Positions 31,177-32,000 of a stretch of DNA of 32,000 nt are shown here, piece after piece; position 1 is the stretch's first letter; each line of letters begins with the position of its first letter. Source of the stretch: Synechocystis sp. PCC 6803 substr. PCC-P (GTDB lineage: Bacteria; Cyanobacteriota; Cyanobacteriia; Cyanobacteriales; Microcystaceae); contig NC_017039.1 of NCBI RefSeq assembly GCF_000284455.1, positions 1,440,001 to 1,472,000 of the forward strand. Reading direction: 5' to 3'. A program made the translations under genes and the position numbers. The notes under the pieces were generated by a model. That model saw nothing but the letters and a program-made list of their open reading frames with translations, had not been told where the DNA came from and did no database searches.

Positions 31177-32000
31177 ATGCGTACTCATTATTGCGGCGAC
31201 CTACGGACAACCCATCTGGGGGAGACAGTGACCCTCTACGGTTGGGTCGATCGCCGTCGGGATCATGGTGGCGTAATTTTCCTTGACCTGCGCGATCGCC
31301 AGGGCATAGTGCAAATCGCCAGTAGTCCTGACCAAACCCCCGCTTCCTATCCAGTGGCGGAAGGATTACGTAATGAATACGTGGTGCAAGTTACCGGTGT
31401 GGTCAGTAAACGTCCCCCGGAATCATTGAACGAAAAAATTCCCACCGGGGAAATTGAGATCTATGCCGACAGCATTATCTTGCTCAACGGCGTCAATCAA
31501 CAATTACCTTTTGTGGTGTCTAGTCACGAAGCAGAACAGGTGCGGGAAGATGTGCGCCTTAAATACCGTTATCTAGATCTGCGGCGGGCTAGGTTGAGTC
31601 AAAATCTACAACTGCGGCATCAAGTGGTCAAAGCTATGCGCCGTTTCCTGGAAGATCAAGAGAATTTTCTGGAAATTGAAACCCCCATTCTCACCCGTTC
31701 CACCCCCGAAGGGGCCAGGGATTATCTTGTTCCCTCCCGAGTTAACCCAGGGGAATGGTACGCTCTGCCCCAATCGCCCCAACTGTTTAAGCAATTATTG
31801 ATGGTGGCGGGGATGGATCGTTATTATCAAATTGCCCGTTGTTTTCGGGATGAAGATTTAAGAGCCGATCGCCAACCGGAATTTACCCAGTTGGATATGG
31901 AAATGAGCTTTATGGGCCAGGAGGAAATTCTTGACCTCAACGAAGCGTTAATTTGCCACATTTTCAAAGTTGTTAAAAATATCGATTTGCCCCGGCCATT
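31177..32000 (+). CDS. aspS: Aspartyl-tRNA synthetase (5' part, runs off the window)
   Basis: [48 protein letters not shown]...[74 protein letters not shown]. Class II aaRS motifs; incomplete at the 3' end. Confidence 0.97.
   Translation, partial: MRTHYCGDLRTTHLGETVTLYGWVDRRRDHGGVIFLDLRDRQGIVQIASSPDQTPASYPVAEGLRNEYVVQVTGVVSKRPPESLNEKIPTGEIEIYADSIILLNGVNQQLPFVVSSHEAEQVREDVRLKYRYLDLRRARLSQNLQLRHQVVKAMRRFLEDQENFLEIETPILTRSTPEGARDYLVPSRVNPGEWYALPQSPQLFKQLLMVAGMDRYYQIARCFRDEDLRADRQPEFTQLDMEMSFMGQEEILDLNEALICHIFKVVKNIDLPRP

Overview
This is a cyanobacterial chromosomal window, very probably Synechocystis sp. (PCC 6803-like). The basis is recognisable CphB/CphA, DrgA and AspS proteins, a high density of the HIP1 octamer GCGATCGC, and an ISY100-type element. 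Most of it is ordinary: a hybrid histidine kinase, a geranylgeranyl-reductase-like flavoprotein, an SLH-type lipoprotein, cphB-cphA, a DUF4129 protein, a glutathione S-transferase-like protein, mnmE, a P-type cation ATPase, folC, a fatty-acid desaturase, a TgpA-like transglutaminase, larE, a YdcF-family protein, fabZ, comB, drgA and the 5' part of aspS. I did not find a convincing new multi-gene system. The best second-look items are: (1) a HicA-HicB toxin-antitoxin pair fused into one ORF by a 13-bp tandem duplication that removes an ATGA stop/start overlap; (2) an IS630/Tc1-type (ISY100-like) element whose transposase is split exactly at an in-frame A_AAA_AAG slippery heptamer; (3) insertion of that element at the edge of a reconstructed perfect 10-bp hairpin, replacing the C-terminal codons of a Uma2-family gene; (4) an IS graveyard with an IS256-type 3' remnant abutting a truncated coiled-coil gene; (5) short protein-like ORFs below the track threshold with non-ATG starts; (6) a GC-rich hairpin directly in front of the P-type ATPase start; (7) an accessory-looking block with a beta-propeller protein, an RHH antitoxin-like ORF and an Rpn-like nuclease.
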